This document shows positions 1 to 10,543 of a stretch of DNA of 64,000 nucleotides, one piece after another (position 1 is the first letter of the stretch; the number at the start of each line of letters is the position of its first letter). This DNA comes from Candidatus Shapirobacteria bacterium (lineage in GTDB: Bacteria > Patescibacteriota > Microgenomatia > UBA12405), in NCBI GenBank assembly GCA_016188545.1, contig JACPHO010000001.1, positions 355,324-419,323 of the forward strand, written 5' to 3'. Position numbers and translations under genes: made by a program. The notes under the pieces were generated by a model. It was given only the letters and a program-made list of their open reading frames with translations. It did no database searches and was not told the DNA's origin.

Positions 1-63
1 CCGCCTTATTCATAAGTCATACATCATACTTCATAAATCAAAGTAAATTAGTTACACTGAATC

Positions 64-954
64 GTGACCAAACTAGTCAAACTTCTCTTTTTCCCCCACG
101 AGGACAATAACCATAAAGCATTTTTAATCCAACCGGGTTATATTGGCCTTCTAATTGGTGTCTATCTCTTAAACCAGTCATTTATTCGCACCCTGACAAT
201 AGCTCGACCTGGAGTCTTGGGTTATTCATCAGAAATCACCGCTCAAAAAGTTATTGACCAAACAAACGCTCGCCGTGCCCAAGCCGGACTTGCCCCGTTA
301 CTACTCAACCCAGTATTGTCTCAATCAGCCGCCGCCAAAGCAGACAATATGTTTGCCGAAAACTACTGGTCTCACAACTCTCCTTCTGGTAAAACACCAT
401 GGGATTTCTTCAAAGCAGTCAAATACCAATATTCAGTGGCCGGTGAAAACTTAGCTAAGGACTTCTACGACACCGATTCTATGATGCGAGCCTGGATGAA
501 CTCTCCAACTCACAAAGCAAATATAGTAAATACAAAATATCAAGAGATAGGTATTGGGGTAGTCAATGGAGTTCTCCGTGGAGTCAAAACGACCTTAGTT
601 GTCCAGCACTTTGGTACACCACTTTCGAGTCAAGTCAGAGCAGCTGATACTTCAAACAATCAAACAGATGAAATCGCCATCGCAACCAACGAGCCACCCG
701 TCACTGAAACCGTACTAGCTGAAGTCTCCGCTCCAGCGGTAACACCCTCGTTCATGATAAGCCCACTTCAAATCAGTCAACTTGTCGGTCTGGCTATGTT
801 TATAGTTATTATAGTCACTCTAATTATTGACATCATTTCTTCAATGAAAACCAAGAACCATCGACTGAGTAGTTCATCATTAAGTCATGTTGGTTTCTTG
901 GCGATTATTCTGATGCTTTTGCTATTTACCCGACAAGGTAATATCCTCTATTAA
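64..954 (+). CDS. CAP (SCP/PR-1) domain membrane protein
   Basis: YWSHNSP, AGENLA and WMNSPTHKANI motifs; N- and C-terminal hydrophobic segments. Confidence 0.9.
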   Translation: MTKLVKLLFFPHEDNNHKAFLIQPGYIGLLIGVYLLNQSFIRTLTIARPGVLGYSSEITAQKVIDQTNARRAQAGLAPLLLNPVLSQSAAAKADNMFAENYWSHNSPSGKTPWDFFKAVKYQYSVAGENLAKDFYDTDSMMRAWMNSPTHKANIVNTKYQEIGIGVVNGVLRGVKTTLVVQHFGTPLSSQVRAADTSNNQTDEIAIATNEPPVTETVLAEVSAPAVTPSFMISPLQISQLVGLAMFIVIIVTLIIDIISSMKTKNHRLSSSSLSHVGFLAIILMLLLFTRQGNILY

Positions 955-1196
955 TGATCAAAAAACTTGAAAATATAATTCTTGGTTTTATTTTGGTTAC
1001 TGGTCTCTTTCTATATATCTATTTTAGGAACAATAGCCACTATCAACGTAATATTATCTATCTGACTGGTGGCTCATACTTTCTCTGGAGCCTCTACCAT
1101 CACTATCAAAAAGGGGATCTGCACCTATCTATTATTATCGAATACTTAATAATAATTTTATTTGCCCTGGTGGTTATTTCCTCGACTTTTCTCTAG
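954..1196 (+). CDS. small membrane protein
   Basis: 80 aa with about 3 hydrophobic segments; TAATG overlap with the upstream gene. Confidence 0.7.
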   Translation: MIKKLENIILGFILVTGLFLYIYFRNNSHYQRNIIYLTGGSYFLWSLYHHYQKGDLHLSIIIEYLIIILFALVVISSTFL

Positions 1197-1821
1197 TAAC
1201 GTCATTCTGCCATTCCTCGATTTTCTTCGGATCACCCGATAGTAGTACTTCTGGTACAGTTTCTCCATTAAATTCTCTTGGTCTGGTGTACTGCGGATAC
1301 TCAATATACCCTTCAGTCGAAAAACTTTCTCTCGTAGATGACTCATCTTTACCCAAAACACCTGGTAATAACCTACTGACGCTATCAATTACTACCATTG
1401 CTGGAATTTCCCCTCCGGTTAGGACAAAGTCTCCTATTGATATTTCCTCATCTACCAAACTGCTGACTCTTTCATCAAAACCTTCATAGTGACCACATAC
1501 TATCACCAAGTTCTTGTAGCCAGAAAGTCTTTTAGCATCAGCCTGAGTATATCTCTTCCCTCTCGCGCTCATCAACACCACCCTAGCACCCTCCTTTTTA
1601 ACGTCTTTTAGTGCCTTGGCAATCACATCAACGCGGATCAACATTCCTACTCCGCCTCCAAACGGGCGATCGTCTACAGCTCCATAGCTATTCCACGCCC
1701 ACTGGCGCATGTCGTGAGTATGGATTTCCACAACTCCCTTTTCGACAGCCCTCTTTACCATACTCTCTGCAAATGGCCCCTCAAACATTTTTGGAAACAA
1801 AGTCAGTACATCAAATCTCAT
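1174..1821 (-). CDS. trmD: tRNA (guanine37-N1)-methyltransferase
   Basis: VDDRPFGGGVGM, CGHYEGFDER, SIGDFVLTGGE and EYPQYTRP motifs; start chosen at MRFDVLTLFP. Confidence 0.97.
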   Translation of the reverse strand: MRFDVLTLFPKMFEGPFAESMVKRAVEKGVVEIHTHDMRQWAWNSYGAVDDRPFGGGVGMLIRVDVIAKALKDVKKEGARVVLMSARGKRYTQADAKRLSGYKNLVIVCGHYEGFDERVSSLVDEEISIGDFVLTGGEIPAMVVIDSVSRLLPGVLGKDESSTRESFSTEGYIEYPQYTRPREFNGETVPEVLLSGDPKKIEEWQNDVTREKSRK

Positions 1822-1841
1822 AAGCGATGTTATCATATGCC

Positions 1842-2108
1842 ATGAGAATAGGACTTGTTATAGAAGACGGCGAAAAACAAATCGGCTTTTACCCCACATC
1901 TATTCCACGATCACCAATCTCAGATACCTCCTTAACTATCTCTCGAGATTTTATTGGCGGTACGGTCACTATTAATGATGGAGACAGTGTTGTGACTAGG
2001 CCAATAAAATCCTTACTAAAAAAACCTGTCCTAATTAACTCACGAATGGTTTCCGGTACTTTAGCCAAAATAAAAGCTATAGAAACCTTCCACGGACTCC
2101 AAAGCTGA
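1842..2108 (+). CDS. hypothetical protein
   Basis: ORF fills the gap divergent from trmD; no recognised motif. Confidence 0.5.
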   Translation: MRIGLVIEDGEKQIGFYPTSIPRSPISDTSLTISRDFIGGTVTINDGDSVVTRPIKSLLKKPVLINSRMVSGTLAKIKAIETFHGLQS

Positions 2109-2116
2109 ACAAGGAG

Positions 2117-2458
2117 CTAGACATTACATCTTCTAGCGAAGGTAAGTAAGTTGTCAGCTGTTCGTTCATCATCTGGCAAAAATGACAGTACTTCTTGAGC
2201 CAATGAATCTGGAGATCTTCCATCTTTTCTTCTTCTAATTTCGCCATCAACTACTGGATATGCTGAACTACCATACACAAGCAGTGTTATTTCACGTGCA
2301 GTTCGAGACTTGCGGTTTCTACCATTTGATCGACTCATAAATTCAGTTAATCTCAATCCTTCTAGGCTCCTGTGTCCATTGCTTTGCATCTCCAACTCAA
2401 CTTCCGCCATGACAGCTTTCTCATATTCTTCATTGTCGAACTTGGACTGTCTTGACAT
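2117..2458 (-). CDS. hypothetical protein (start uncertain)
   Basis: ORF 2117..2572; start at MSRQSK chosen to limit overlap with the upstream gene. Confidence 0.45.
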   Translation of the reverse strand: MSRQSKFDNEEYEKAVMAEVELEMQSNGHRSLEGLRLTEFMSRSNGRNRKSRTAREITLLVYGSSAYPVVDGEIRRRKDGRSPDSLAQEVLSFLPDDERTADNLLTFARRCNV

Positions 2459-2993
2459 TCTTTTTTTCATACACATACAAAATTTTATTTTGCCCTTTGA
2501 AATTAATTTTATCAGTTTTAATATCCAGACCCAATTTTCTTCCATAGTCAACAAGTGACTCAAACCAGTCAATGTTAGGTTTGATCTCGATCGGCTCGTC
2601 TACAACGCAGCAGGGGAGCAGAACAAACTTTTTGCCATATTTTTTACAAGCATCTATTATTTTCATGTTAACTCCATGAGCATGCAAACCAATTAGCAAA
2701 TCATAGTCTTTAGCCATTTCTGGCTCAAAATGTCTAACCCTCCGTGGAATACTCATTGCCTCCTTTTTACTCACCAATACCCGCTTACCTGTCTCAATAT
2801 TTTTGTACTTACTAAATGGTTGCGGTACAAATGGGTCGATCACAGTGCATTTCCACCCTTGGGAATTTAGCAAGTATGCCAACAATCCCTTGCTCCCTCC
2901 CACATCCGCCGCTAATTGCGGCTGATAATGATCGGTCAACCATTTTGTCAGCAACTGAAATCTAAACTTATGATCCATGGATCTCATCTTCAT
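2430..2993 (-). CDS. class I SAM-dependent methyltransferase-like protein
   Basis: ADVGGSKG glycine loop, DLLIGLHA, VLLPCC. Confidence 0.65.
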   Translation of the reverse strand: MKMRSMDHKFRFQLLTKWLTDHYQPQLAADVGGSKGLLAYLLNSQGWKCTVIDPFVPQPFSKYKNIETGKRVLVSKKEAMSIPRRVRHFEPEMAKDYDLLIGLHAHGVNMKIIDACKKYGKKFVLLPCCVVDEPIEIKPNIDWFESLVDYGRKLGLDIKTDKINFKGQNKILYVYEKKNVKTVQVRQ

Positions 2994-3079
2994 ATCCGTA
3001 TTTTACCCAACAAATCAGCTTTTTTAGAATTTAGGATTTGGGATTTAGAATTTTCCCTGTTTTGGGTTATACTTTTAAC

Positions 3080-4267
3080 ATGAAAACCAGCCAAGAGACA
3101 GCCGTCATTGTAATTCCAACCTACAATGAAGCCGGAAGTATCGGTGAGATGATTGATCATCTTTGTACCAAGACCTTCCCCTCTCTTAATAAAAAGTGGG
3201 ACATGAAAATATTGGTAGTCGATGGCAACTCACCAGATGGTACCAGTAAGGTTGTTTTTGAAAAGACCAAAAAATATAAAAATGTCTTCCTTCTCACTGA
3301 GACTTCGAAGGATGGGATTGGAGCTGCCTATCTTAAGGGCTTCAAATATGCCCTAGAAAAACTAGCTGCCGATTATCTATTCGAATTTGATGGCGACTTC
3401 CAACATCCTCCGGAAACTATTCCTCTAATGCTCGACGCTATGGACGAAGGCTACGACTATGTTATCGGTTCTCGCAAGATAAAAGGCGGCAGCAATCCCA
3501 AGGGCTGGGGTTTCAAGCGTCTTTTCTTCTCCGAGGCCGGCGGCATGACTGCCAGGTTTATTCTCTTTTTCCCATTCAAGAACTTCTTCAAAGTTACCGA
3601 TCCAACCACTGGCCTCAAAGTTACCCGGGTCAAAGGATTCGCCGACAAACTAAATCTTGATTTTTCACATCTTTACACCAAAAGTTTTGGATACAAACTT
3701 CAGCTTCTTTTCGAGACCCTAAAAATGGGTGCCCGCTTCAAAGAGGTTCCCTTGGTGTTTAATGTCCGTAATGCAGGTGAATCAAAAATTGAACCTCAGA
3801 CTGCCAAAGATATTCTGCTGGTAGCCATAAAAATTCGTTGGTTTGATGATTTCACTCAAAAATTCCTCAAATTCGGCATTATTGGCGGTTTTGGCTTTGT
3901 GGTTAATGTTGTTGGTGCCAAGTTTTTTAAATCTGTTTTAATTACTCCAGATTCAAACATCAGTCTTCTAAATGGAGTTTGTAACGCTTTGGCTTCAGAG
4001 TTAGCCATTATTTCCAACTTTACCTTCAACAACATTTGGACTTTTTCCAATGAAAAAATCACCAGTCCTGGCGCACTTTTAACAAAGTTCCTCACCTTTA
4101 ACTTCTCTTCGCTTATCACCGGGATCGTTATTCCCTCGGTTGTTATCGCCGTACTTACCTCAATGTTTGGCGATTACCTCTTCCTCTACCAGGTTATTGC
4201 TATTTTTGGACTAACTATTCCCCTCAACTGGATGGTCTACAACACCATCATCTGGAAGAAAAAATAG
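3080..4267 (+). CDS. GT2 polyprenol-phosphate mannosyltransferase-like protein fused to a GtrA-like domain
   Basis: IPTYNEA, VDGNSPDGT, FDGDFQH; C-terminal FLKFGIIGGFG...SNFTFNNIWTF membrane domain. Confidence 0.9.
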   Translation: MKTSQETAVIVIPTYNEAGSIGEMIDHLCTKTFPSLNKKWDMKILVVDGNSPDGTSKVVFEKTKKYKNVFLLTETSKDGIGAAYLKGFKYALEKLAADYLFEFDGDFQHPPETIPLMLDAMDEGYDYVIGSRKIKGGSNPKGWGFKRLFFSEAGGMTARFILFFPFKNFFKVTDPTTGLKVTRVKGFADKLNLDFSHLYTKSFGYKLQLLFETLKMGARFKEVPLVFNVRNAGESKIEPQTAKDILLVAIKIRWFDDFTQKFLKFGIIGGFGFVVNVVGAKFFKSVLITPDSNISLLNGVCNALASELAIISNFTFNNIWTFSNEKITSPGALLTKFLTFNFSSLITGIVIPSVVIAVLTSMFGDYLFLYQVIAIFGLTIPLNWMVYNTIIWKKK

Positions 4268-4270
4268 TTT

Positions 4271-4699
4271 TTAGGCAACAGTAAGCACTTTGCCTTCGGT
4301 TTTCGCCACCAACTCATCAAAAGTAAGTTCAAACACTGCATTATTCTTGCCGGCAGCTGCATAGATACGATCATATTTTGACAAATCAATATCAATTATT
4401 GTTATTGGTGTAACTTTGTGACCCCAAGGTGCGACACCTCCGATGACATAACCCGACATTTCTCTCACATATTCAGCATCCGCTTTGAGAATCTTTGTTC
4501 CGATCGCATTATTGATCTTAGTTTCATCAATTCTATTCACCCCTGAGGCTACCACCAAGACCGGCTTTCCTGCCTCAGTTTTGAAGACTATCGACTTCGC
4601 AATTTGGCCAATTTCGCACCCCAGAGCATCTGCCGCATCCTGAGCAGTTCTAGTCAATTTTTCAAATTCTATAACCTTAAAATTATCTGCAAAAAACAT
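4271..4699 (-). CDS. YbaK/EbsC family aminoacyl-tRNA deacylase
   Basis: TRTAQDAA, QIAKSIV, GYVIGGVAP, AAAG. Confidence 0.92.
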   Translation of the reverse strand: MFFADNFKVIEFEKLTRTAQDAADALGCEIGQIAKSIVFKTEAGKPVLVVASGVNRIDETKINNAIGTKILKADAEYVREMSGYVIGGVAPWGHKVTPITIIDIDLSKYDRIYAAAGKNNAVFELTFDELVAKTEGKVLTVA

Positions 4700-4784
4700 A
4701 ATCTTTGATCACAAATATACAACTCACCTAGTTTACTACAAATAGCTTGTTGCTTTCCCACTTCTGTTGTCATAAATTTACTTA

Positions 4785-5267
4785 ATGACAAAAACAACCC
4801 CATCTCAGAGCTCTTCTTCAGACTTTCGCACCATGTTCAATCAGTTGGAAGTCCTCTTTGATGAATACTTAGGTAAAAAAGCACCCGCTTTACCAGCAAA
4901 TGTCAAAGAGCTAATAGTCAAATACTCTCCCTACATCTCTTTGGTCGTAATTATCTTCACCCTCCCAGCCATCCTGTTTGCATTAGGTCTTGGAGCACTT
5001 TTGACCCCCTTTGCTTTTATGGGTGGTGTTCGTTATGGTTTTTCCTTTTCATTTTCGACCCTATTCCTACTTGCTACACTTATTCTTGATATTGTCGCAA
5101 TTCCAGGTTTGTTTGCTCGTCAACTCTCTGGATGGAAGAAAATTTATTTAGCCACACTTCTTGGAGCTGTTCATTCATTATTGAATTTTCAGCTTGGTAA
5201 CATGGTTATCGGAACCGCGATTTCCTTGTATTTTCTTTTCCAGGTCAAAAGCTATTATAAAAATTAG
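4785..5267 (+). CDS. membrane protein
   Basis: about 4 hydrophobic helices; PALPANVKELIVKYSP. Confidence 0.75.
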   Translation: MTKTTPSQSSSSDFRTMFNQLEVLFDEYLGKKAPALPANVKELIVKYSPYISLVVIIFTLPAILFALGLGALLTPFAFMGGVRYGFSFSFSTLFLLATLILDIVAIPGLFARQLSGWKKIYLATLLGAVHSLLNFQLGNMVIGTAISLYFLFQVKSYYKN

Positions 5268-5268
5268 C

Positions 5269-6381
5269 CTAAATCGTCCGAACACTCAATCTATTTGCCG
5301 GTCCCTGTCCAAACCAAGAGTCACCGTGTACTACCACGACAGTATCCTTAGAATGCAACAGCCCATCTTTTTTTAAGTCTGAAAATATTGGATCTTCGGT
5401 TGCGTACGCCTCAGTCAGGAAGTCTTTATAATAGGGGATTACTCCGTAAGATAGGCATAACTGGTTCAACACCTTTTTGTCGTTACTTATGGCGATTATT
5501 GGTACTCCAAGTCTATAACGCGACATCATTTTCGTCGTCGTCCCTCCTCGAGTAAAAGTTAATACCGCTTTAATAGGTTTATCCAAATCGTCCTTAGTCA
5601 TCCTGGCAGCAGATTCTGTTAATGCATCTGTTAGTGTTTTTGCACCTAAGTTTATTGTTCTAAGTTCACCTGTCGTCTCACAAAACTTGGCAATTTTAGC
5701 CATAACCATAACTGCTTCAACTGGGTGATTACCTAAAGCTGTTTCTTCTGACAACATGACGGCATCTGTCCCATCAAACACCGCATTTGCCACATCGGTT
5801 GCCTCAGCCCTAGTCGGAGTCATGTTTTTAGTCATTGAGTAGAGCATCTCAGTGGCGACAATCACTGGTATACCTGCAGTTCTAGCCGCGTCAACTATCT
5901 TTTTTTGGAAAAAAGCCAACTCTTCTATGGGAGTTTCTCTACCCAAATCACCTCGAGCTACCATTAGCCCATCGGCCACCTCAATAATATTGTTGAGTTC
6001 CGTCATCGCATAACCATTTTCGATTTTGGCTATGATCTTGGTCTCTATTTTTCGTCTCCTAAGTCGATTCTTTAGTTCAATTATGTCTTTTGCACTCTTT
6101 AGATATGACAGCGCAATGTAGTCAAAATCAGTAATCTCAACCAGAAAATCATTTCTAGGCACATCAATAATTATTCCTGCCCGAATTCCGAGTCGCTTGG
6201 CGCACCTTCTGATTTTAGCGATCTTATCGTTATGCCACTCGTTAGGGCTATATTTCATGTTAAATCTAAACATGTTGGCGCCCCCTAGTAGTAGTTTTGA
6301 GATTATTTTCTCAGTCTCAGTAGCTGGACCTATAGTCGCTACTATCTTGGTTCTTTTGTCTATTTTTTGCATTTTTTCCAT
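5269..6381 (-). CDS. pyk: pyruvate kinase lacking the B (lid) domain
   Basis: TKIVATIGPA, IAKIE, MVARGDLG, PTRAEATDVANAVFDGTDAVMLSEETA. Confidence 0.95.
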   Translation of the reverse strand: MEKMQKIDKRTKIVATIGPATETEKIISKLLLGGANMFRFNMKYSPNEWHNDKIAKIRRCAKRLGIRAGIIIDVPRNDFLVEITDFDYIALSYLKSAKDIIELKNRLRRRKIETKIIAKIENGYAMTELNNIIEVADGLMVARGDLGRETPIEELAFFQKKIVDAARTAGIPVIVATEMLYSMTKNMTPTRAEATDVANAVFDGTDAVMLSEETALGNHPVEAVMVMAKIAKFCETTGELRTINLGAKTLTDALTESAARMTKDDLDKPIKAVLTFTRGGTTTKMMSRYRLGVPIIAISNDKKVLNQLCLSYGVIPYYKDFLTEAYATEDPIFSDLKKDGLLHSKDTVVVVHGDSWFGQGPANRLSVRTI

Positions 6382-6881
6382 AAACCTAGTTGATTATCTT
6401 TTGCATAATTTTGAGCATCTAATAATCGCTGATAATATTTTACATCAGGCGGGTATGTTGCTACCGATCCAAAACCTTGTTTGACCAATTCTTCGTTAAT
6501 TAAAGTTTCCTTAATCCACACATATCGTAGCAGTCTGCCATATTTATCCTTATCACTAACATCTTTTTCCAAAGTAACCGCCTTACCTTCAACCAGGCTT
6601 TTATTAAACTCATATGCCTCAATTCCAAAACACTCAACTCCTTTCCTTGGATCCTTAGTTTCTGGAGTATCAACTCCTATATAACGGACTTTTTCACCAT
6701 TTTCAATTTCGACAGTGTCACCATCAACCGCTCGTGTAACCACCATATTGTTTTTCGACAGCGGCTTTTCAGGTATTATTATTTTTACTTCAGTGAGGTT
6801 TTCTTGGATTTTTGGACCAATCAATATCGCGATGATAACAACAAAAAATACAAATAGCCATCCATACTTCTTTTCACTCAT
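6360..6881 (-). CDS. thermonuclease (SNase-like), membrane anchored
   Basis: VDGDT, VRYIGVDTPE, DKYGRLLRYV, GLW. Confidence 0.95.
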   Translation of the reverse strand: MSEKKYGWLFVFFVVIIAILIGPKIQENLTEVKIIIPEKPLSKNNMVVTRAVDGDTVEIENGEKVRYIGVDTPETKDPRKGVECFGIEAYEFNKSLVEGKAVTLEKDVSDKDKYGRLLRYVWIKETLINEELVKQGFGSVATYPPDVKYYQRLLDAQNYAKDNQLGLWKKCKK

Positions 6882-6931
6882 ACCAAAAATTCTATCAAAA
6901 TAGAGCTTACTAGTGATATCATCTATGTATT

Positions 6932-8260
6932 ATGTCAAGGTACCTCATCAATGGCGGCCGGCCACTCCACGGCGAAGTATCAATTAGAGGGGCCAAGAAT
7001 GCTGGCTTTAAGCAAATAATTGCCTCACTGTTATCAGAAGAAACAACTCATCTAACCAATGTTCCTAGCATAACCGACGTCCATATAACTCAAAGCATTG
7101 CTGAGAGTCTGGGTTCAAACTTTGTCAAAATCGGTCCGCATGGGCTTGAGGTCACGACCCCAAAAATCACTAGTTCAGTTGTCCCGCAAGGAACCGGTGA
7201 AAAATCTCGCTCTTCTTTTATGTTTGCTGCGCCACTTTTAGCCCGTACAGGGGAGGCCACCATCCCCATCCCTGGAGGGGACAAATTAGGCGCCCGCCCG
7301 CTTGATCGTCTTTTTGAGTGCTATCGTCAGATGAATATTAAGGTAGAAGAAAGCGGTTCCAAAATCCATTTTTCTACCACCGGCATCCAGGGGACTGTCT
7401 ACAAATTTGAAAAACCTTCGCATACAGTTACCGAAGTCATACTTATGACCAGCGCTGTTGCCCGCGGTGAAAGTACCATCCACAACGCCGCTCTAGAACC
7501 AGAAATTGACGATCTTATCGAGATGCTCAACTCGATGGGAGCTAAGATTACCCGTGACCCTGTCGATCCCAAGATTATCCGAATCAAAGGCGTTCCTTTT
7601 CTGAATGGGGCTCACCATCAAGTGATCGCCGACCGTAACGAATCAATCACCTTTGCCTGTGCCGCGTTAAGTACTCGTGGTTCAATCAATATTCTTCGGA
7701 TTGAGCCAAAAATTATCGAAACCTTTCTTCGAACTATTGAAACAATGGGCGCGCATGTCGATCGTGGTCGCGACGAAGTTTCCATTACTTGGTTAGCTCC
7801 ACTTAAAGCAATTGACATCGAGACCGAACCTGAGCCTGGTTTCATGACCGATTGGCAAGCGCTTTTTAGTTTGGTTATGACCCAGTCAATTGGTTGTAGT
7901 ACTATTATTGAAAAAATATTTCCTTCCCGTTTTCAGCATATTGAAACCTTAGACCAGATGGGTGCTAAGACTAAGTTGTTTAACCCGGAGGTGTCCGACC
8001 CCTCAACTTATTATCACTTCAACCCAGAATCAGATTTGCCAACATACTTTCATGGAGTCAAAATTTATGGACCATGTAAACTATCCCCAGTAAACATTAC
8101 TGTTAAAGATCTAAGAGCGGGTGCTTTGGCTACTCTCGCCGCACTTACGGCCACAGGACAGTCAGTTATCGAAAGAGTGGAATATATTGAGCGTGGCTAT
8201 GAAAGGTTAGCTGAAAGGCTCTTAGCTCTTGGGGCCGATATCAAGTACATCAAGACCTAA
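6932..8260 (+). CDS. murA: UDP-N-acetylglucosamine 1-carboxyvinyltransferase
   Basis: GAKNA, PGGDKLGARP, PGFMTDWQ, DLRAG, IERGYE. Confidence 0.95.
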   Translation: MSRYLINGGRPLHGEVSIRGAKNAGFKQIIASLLSEETTHLTNVPSITDVHITQSIAESLGSNFVKIGPHGLEVTTPKITSSVVPQGTGEKSRSSFMFAAPLLARTGEATIPIPGGDKLGARPLDRLFECYRQMNIKVEESGSKIHFSTTGIQGTVYKFEKPSHTVTEVILMTSAVARGESTIHNAALEPEIDDLIEMLNSMGAKITRDPVDPKIIRIKGVPFLNGAHHQVIADRNESITFACAALSTRGSINILRIEPKIIETFLRTIETMGAHVDRGRDEVSITWLAPLKAIDIETEPEPGFMTDWQALFSLVMTQSIGCSTIIEKIFPSRFQHIETLDQMGAKTKLFNPEVSDPSTYYHFNPESDLPTYFHGVKIYGPCKLSPVNITVKDLRAGALATLAALTATGQSVIERVEYIERGYERLAERLLALGADIKYIKT

Positions 8261-8262
8261 CC

Positions 8263-9321
8263 ATGTTTCGCCGACCCATTTTTCTCTACCTCATCTCTAT
8301 TTTATTTGCTGTACTCATCGTTTCATTGATATTTTCTTTTATTTACAAATTTAAAATTAAAAATTATAAATTACCACCAACGACACCTATTGTCGTTGTG
8401 GTTCCCTCTCCCACCCCCGACCCTCTAGCCCCAATCTCTATTTTGTTAATGGGCTACGGAGGTGTTGGCCATGACGGTGGATCACTGACCGATTCAATTG
8501 TTTTGGCTAATATCAAGCCAAAAGAAAAAAAGATTACCCTAATTTCCATTCCCCGCGACCTCTGGGTATTAGTCGATGATAGCCAGGTGGAGCCGCTCTA
8601 CTCCAAAATAAACTATGCCTTTCCTTTTGGTGGCGGTCAAAAGTCAAAAGAAATTGTTTCTCGTATCACCGGCATCAGCCCAGACTATTTTTTCGCAGTC
8701 GATTTTGCCGGTTTTTCAAAGGCAGTCGATCAAATTGGTGGAATTGATCTAAAAATTACCCGTCCTTTTATCGATAACTTCTATCCACTCGATATTGGTG
8801 CCACCGACTCTTGTGGCAAAACTCCTGAAGAAATAACCGCCCTCGAGGCCACTCTGTCAGGGGATCGTCTCGACCAACAGTTCAGCTGTCGCTATGAGCA
8901 GTTGGTATTTGATGTTGGCACTACTCACCTCAACGGCATCACTGCGCTAAAATATGCCCGCTCTCGTCATTCAGAAACCTCCGGAGGAGATTTCAACCGC
9001 AGCGACCGCCAACGCCAGGTTGTGGTCGCCATTCGTGACAAATTTTTGAAACTGGGAATTATTACCAAAATCATTCCTATTTATCAAACAATAGTTGCTC
9101 ACACCCAAACAGATCTTGGTATAAATGACATTCAAAAGCATATCTTCAAAACCGGGGAGTATTCCAGATATTCTGTGGAGTCAATCTCCCTAAATGATAA
9201 GAATGTTTTGACCCAATCATTTACACCCAAAGGCCAGTCTATTTTGATGCCAAAGTTAGGGGTAGAACAATATTCAGAAATTCAGGCGTACATAGCTTCC
9301 TCTTCTGCTATTTCACGCTAG
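8263..9321 (+). CDS. LCP (LytR-CpsA-Psr) family protein
   Basis: TDSI, SIPRDL, KINYA, ALKYARSRH, DFNRSDRQRQV. Confidence 0.93.
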   Translation: MFRRPIFLYLISILFAVLIVSLIFSFIYKFKIKNYKLPPTTPIVVVVPSPTPDPLAPISILLMGYGGVGHDGGSLTDSIVLANIKPKEKKITLISIPRDLWVLVDDSQVEPLYSKINYAFPFGGGQKSKEIVSRITGISPDYFFAVDFAGFSKAVDQIGGIDLKITRPFIDNFYPLDIGATDSCGKTPEEITALEATLSGDRLDQQFSCRYEQLVFDVGTTHLNGITALKYARSRHSETSGGDFNRSDRQRQVVVAIRDKFLKLGIITKIIPIYQTIVAHTQTDLGINDIQKHIFKTGEYSRYSVESISLNDKNVLTQSFTPKGQSILMPKLGVEQYSEIQAYIASSSAISR

Positions 9322-10462
9322 TTACTATGGTTGCTGCAATCATTTCCGGAACATTTTTATCCAGAATACTTGGCAACAAATTATTAGCGGTTAGGTTCGG
9401 TAAATTATATTCATAAATAGCCTTAGCTGTCGCAAGTTTTATCTCTATCGTCGCTTTAGTAATCTTGGCCGCCAACAAACCCTTAAATACTCCCGGGTAT
9501 GCCAGAGCGTTATTGATTTGGTTATCAAAATCAGATCTACCAGTTGCTACTATCATTGCTCCAGCAACTTTTGCCAAGTCAGGCATAATTTCTGGAGTCG
9601 GGTTAGCCATCGCAAACACAATTGGGTCTTTGTTCATTGATCTGATCATATCTTCTGTCAGTGAGTTGGGTGCAGATACTCCTACAAAAATGTCAGCTCC
9701 AACTAATCCCTCTTGGATGGACATGGTTTTTGTCTGTCCAGTCAGTTGAGCCATCTCCATCTTATATTTATCCAAATCAGTTCTATCAGTCGACACCAGG
9801 CCTTTTGAGTCAAACAATTTGATATCACTAACCGGCAGTTCCGACGCCTTAATAAGTCGGGTTATTGCATTTCCAGCCGCCCCCGCTCCAGTAATCACCA
9901 CTTTTAAGTTTTTACTTTTAACTTTTAATTTTTTATTTTTTATTTTTATCGCCCCCATTAGTGCTGCTAAAGTCACAATTGCTGTTCCATGTTGATCATC
10001 GTGAATAATGGGGATTGGCAACTCATCACTCAATCTTTTTTCAATTTCAAAACATCTTGGTGCCGAAATATCTTCTAGATTTATGGCTGCAAAGTTTACC
10101 GATATTGCTTTTACAATTTTGATAATTTCTTCAGTGTCCTGAGTGTCAAGACAGATTGGGAAAGCATTTAGCCCAGCAAACTCCTTAAAAATTACACACT
10201 TACCTTCCATCACTGGAAGTGCTGCCTTGGCACCTATATTTCCAAACCCAAGAACTGCGCTTCCATCAGATATTACAGCTACCATTTTTCCGGCAATTGT
10301 ATATTCCCTTACCGCATCAGGATTATCTTTAATTACCATGCATATCTTACCTACATTTGGGGTGTAAATATTTGACAAATCTTCCTTTGTATTTACTTGC
10401 ACTGTCGGCACAATCTCTAACTTACCAGTATTTTTTTTATGAATTTCAAATGTGTCTGTCAT
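9308..10462 (-). CDS. NAD(P)-dependent malic enzyme
   Basis: YTP, DGSAVLGFG, LPVMEGK, NLEDISAPRCF, HDDQHGTAIV, GAGAAG, NQINNAL. Confidence 0.95.
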   Translation of the reverse strand: MTDTFEIHKKNTGKLEIVPTVQVNTKEDLSNIYTPNVGKICMVIKDNPDAVREYTIAGKMVAVISDGSAVLGFGNIGAKAALPVMEGKCVIFKEFAGLNAFPICLDTQDTEEIIKIVKAISVNFAAINLEDISAPRCFEIEKRLSDELPIPIIHDDQHGTAIVTLAALMGAIKIKNKKLKVKSKNLKVVITGAGAAGNAITRLIKASELPVSDIKLFDSKGLVSTDRTDLDKYKMEMAQLTGQTKTMSIQEGLVGADIFVGVSAPNSLTEDMIRSMNKDPIVFAMANPTPEIMPDLAKVAGAMIVATGRSDFDNQINNALAYPGVFKGLLAAKITKATIEIKLATAKAIYEYNLPNLTANNLLPSILDKNVPEMIAATIVTSVK

Positions 10463-10543
10463 ATGTCTCAGTCTCTAAATTTTCCTAATAATATTTTCAA
10501 AGATTATTCAATACAACTTTACCTCAGATCAATAATATTTTGG

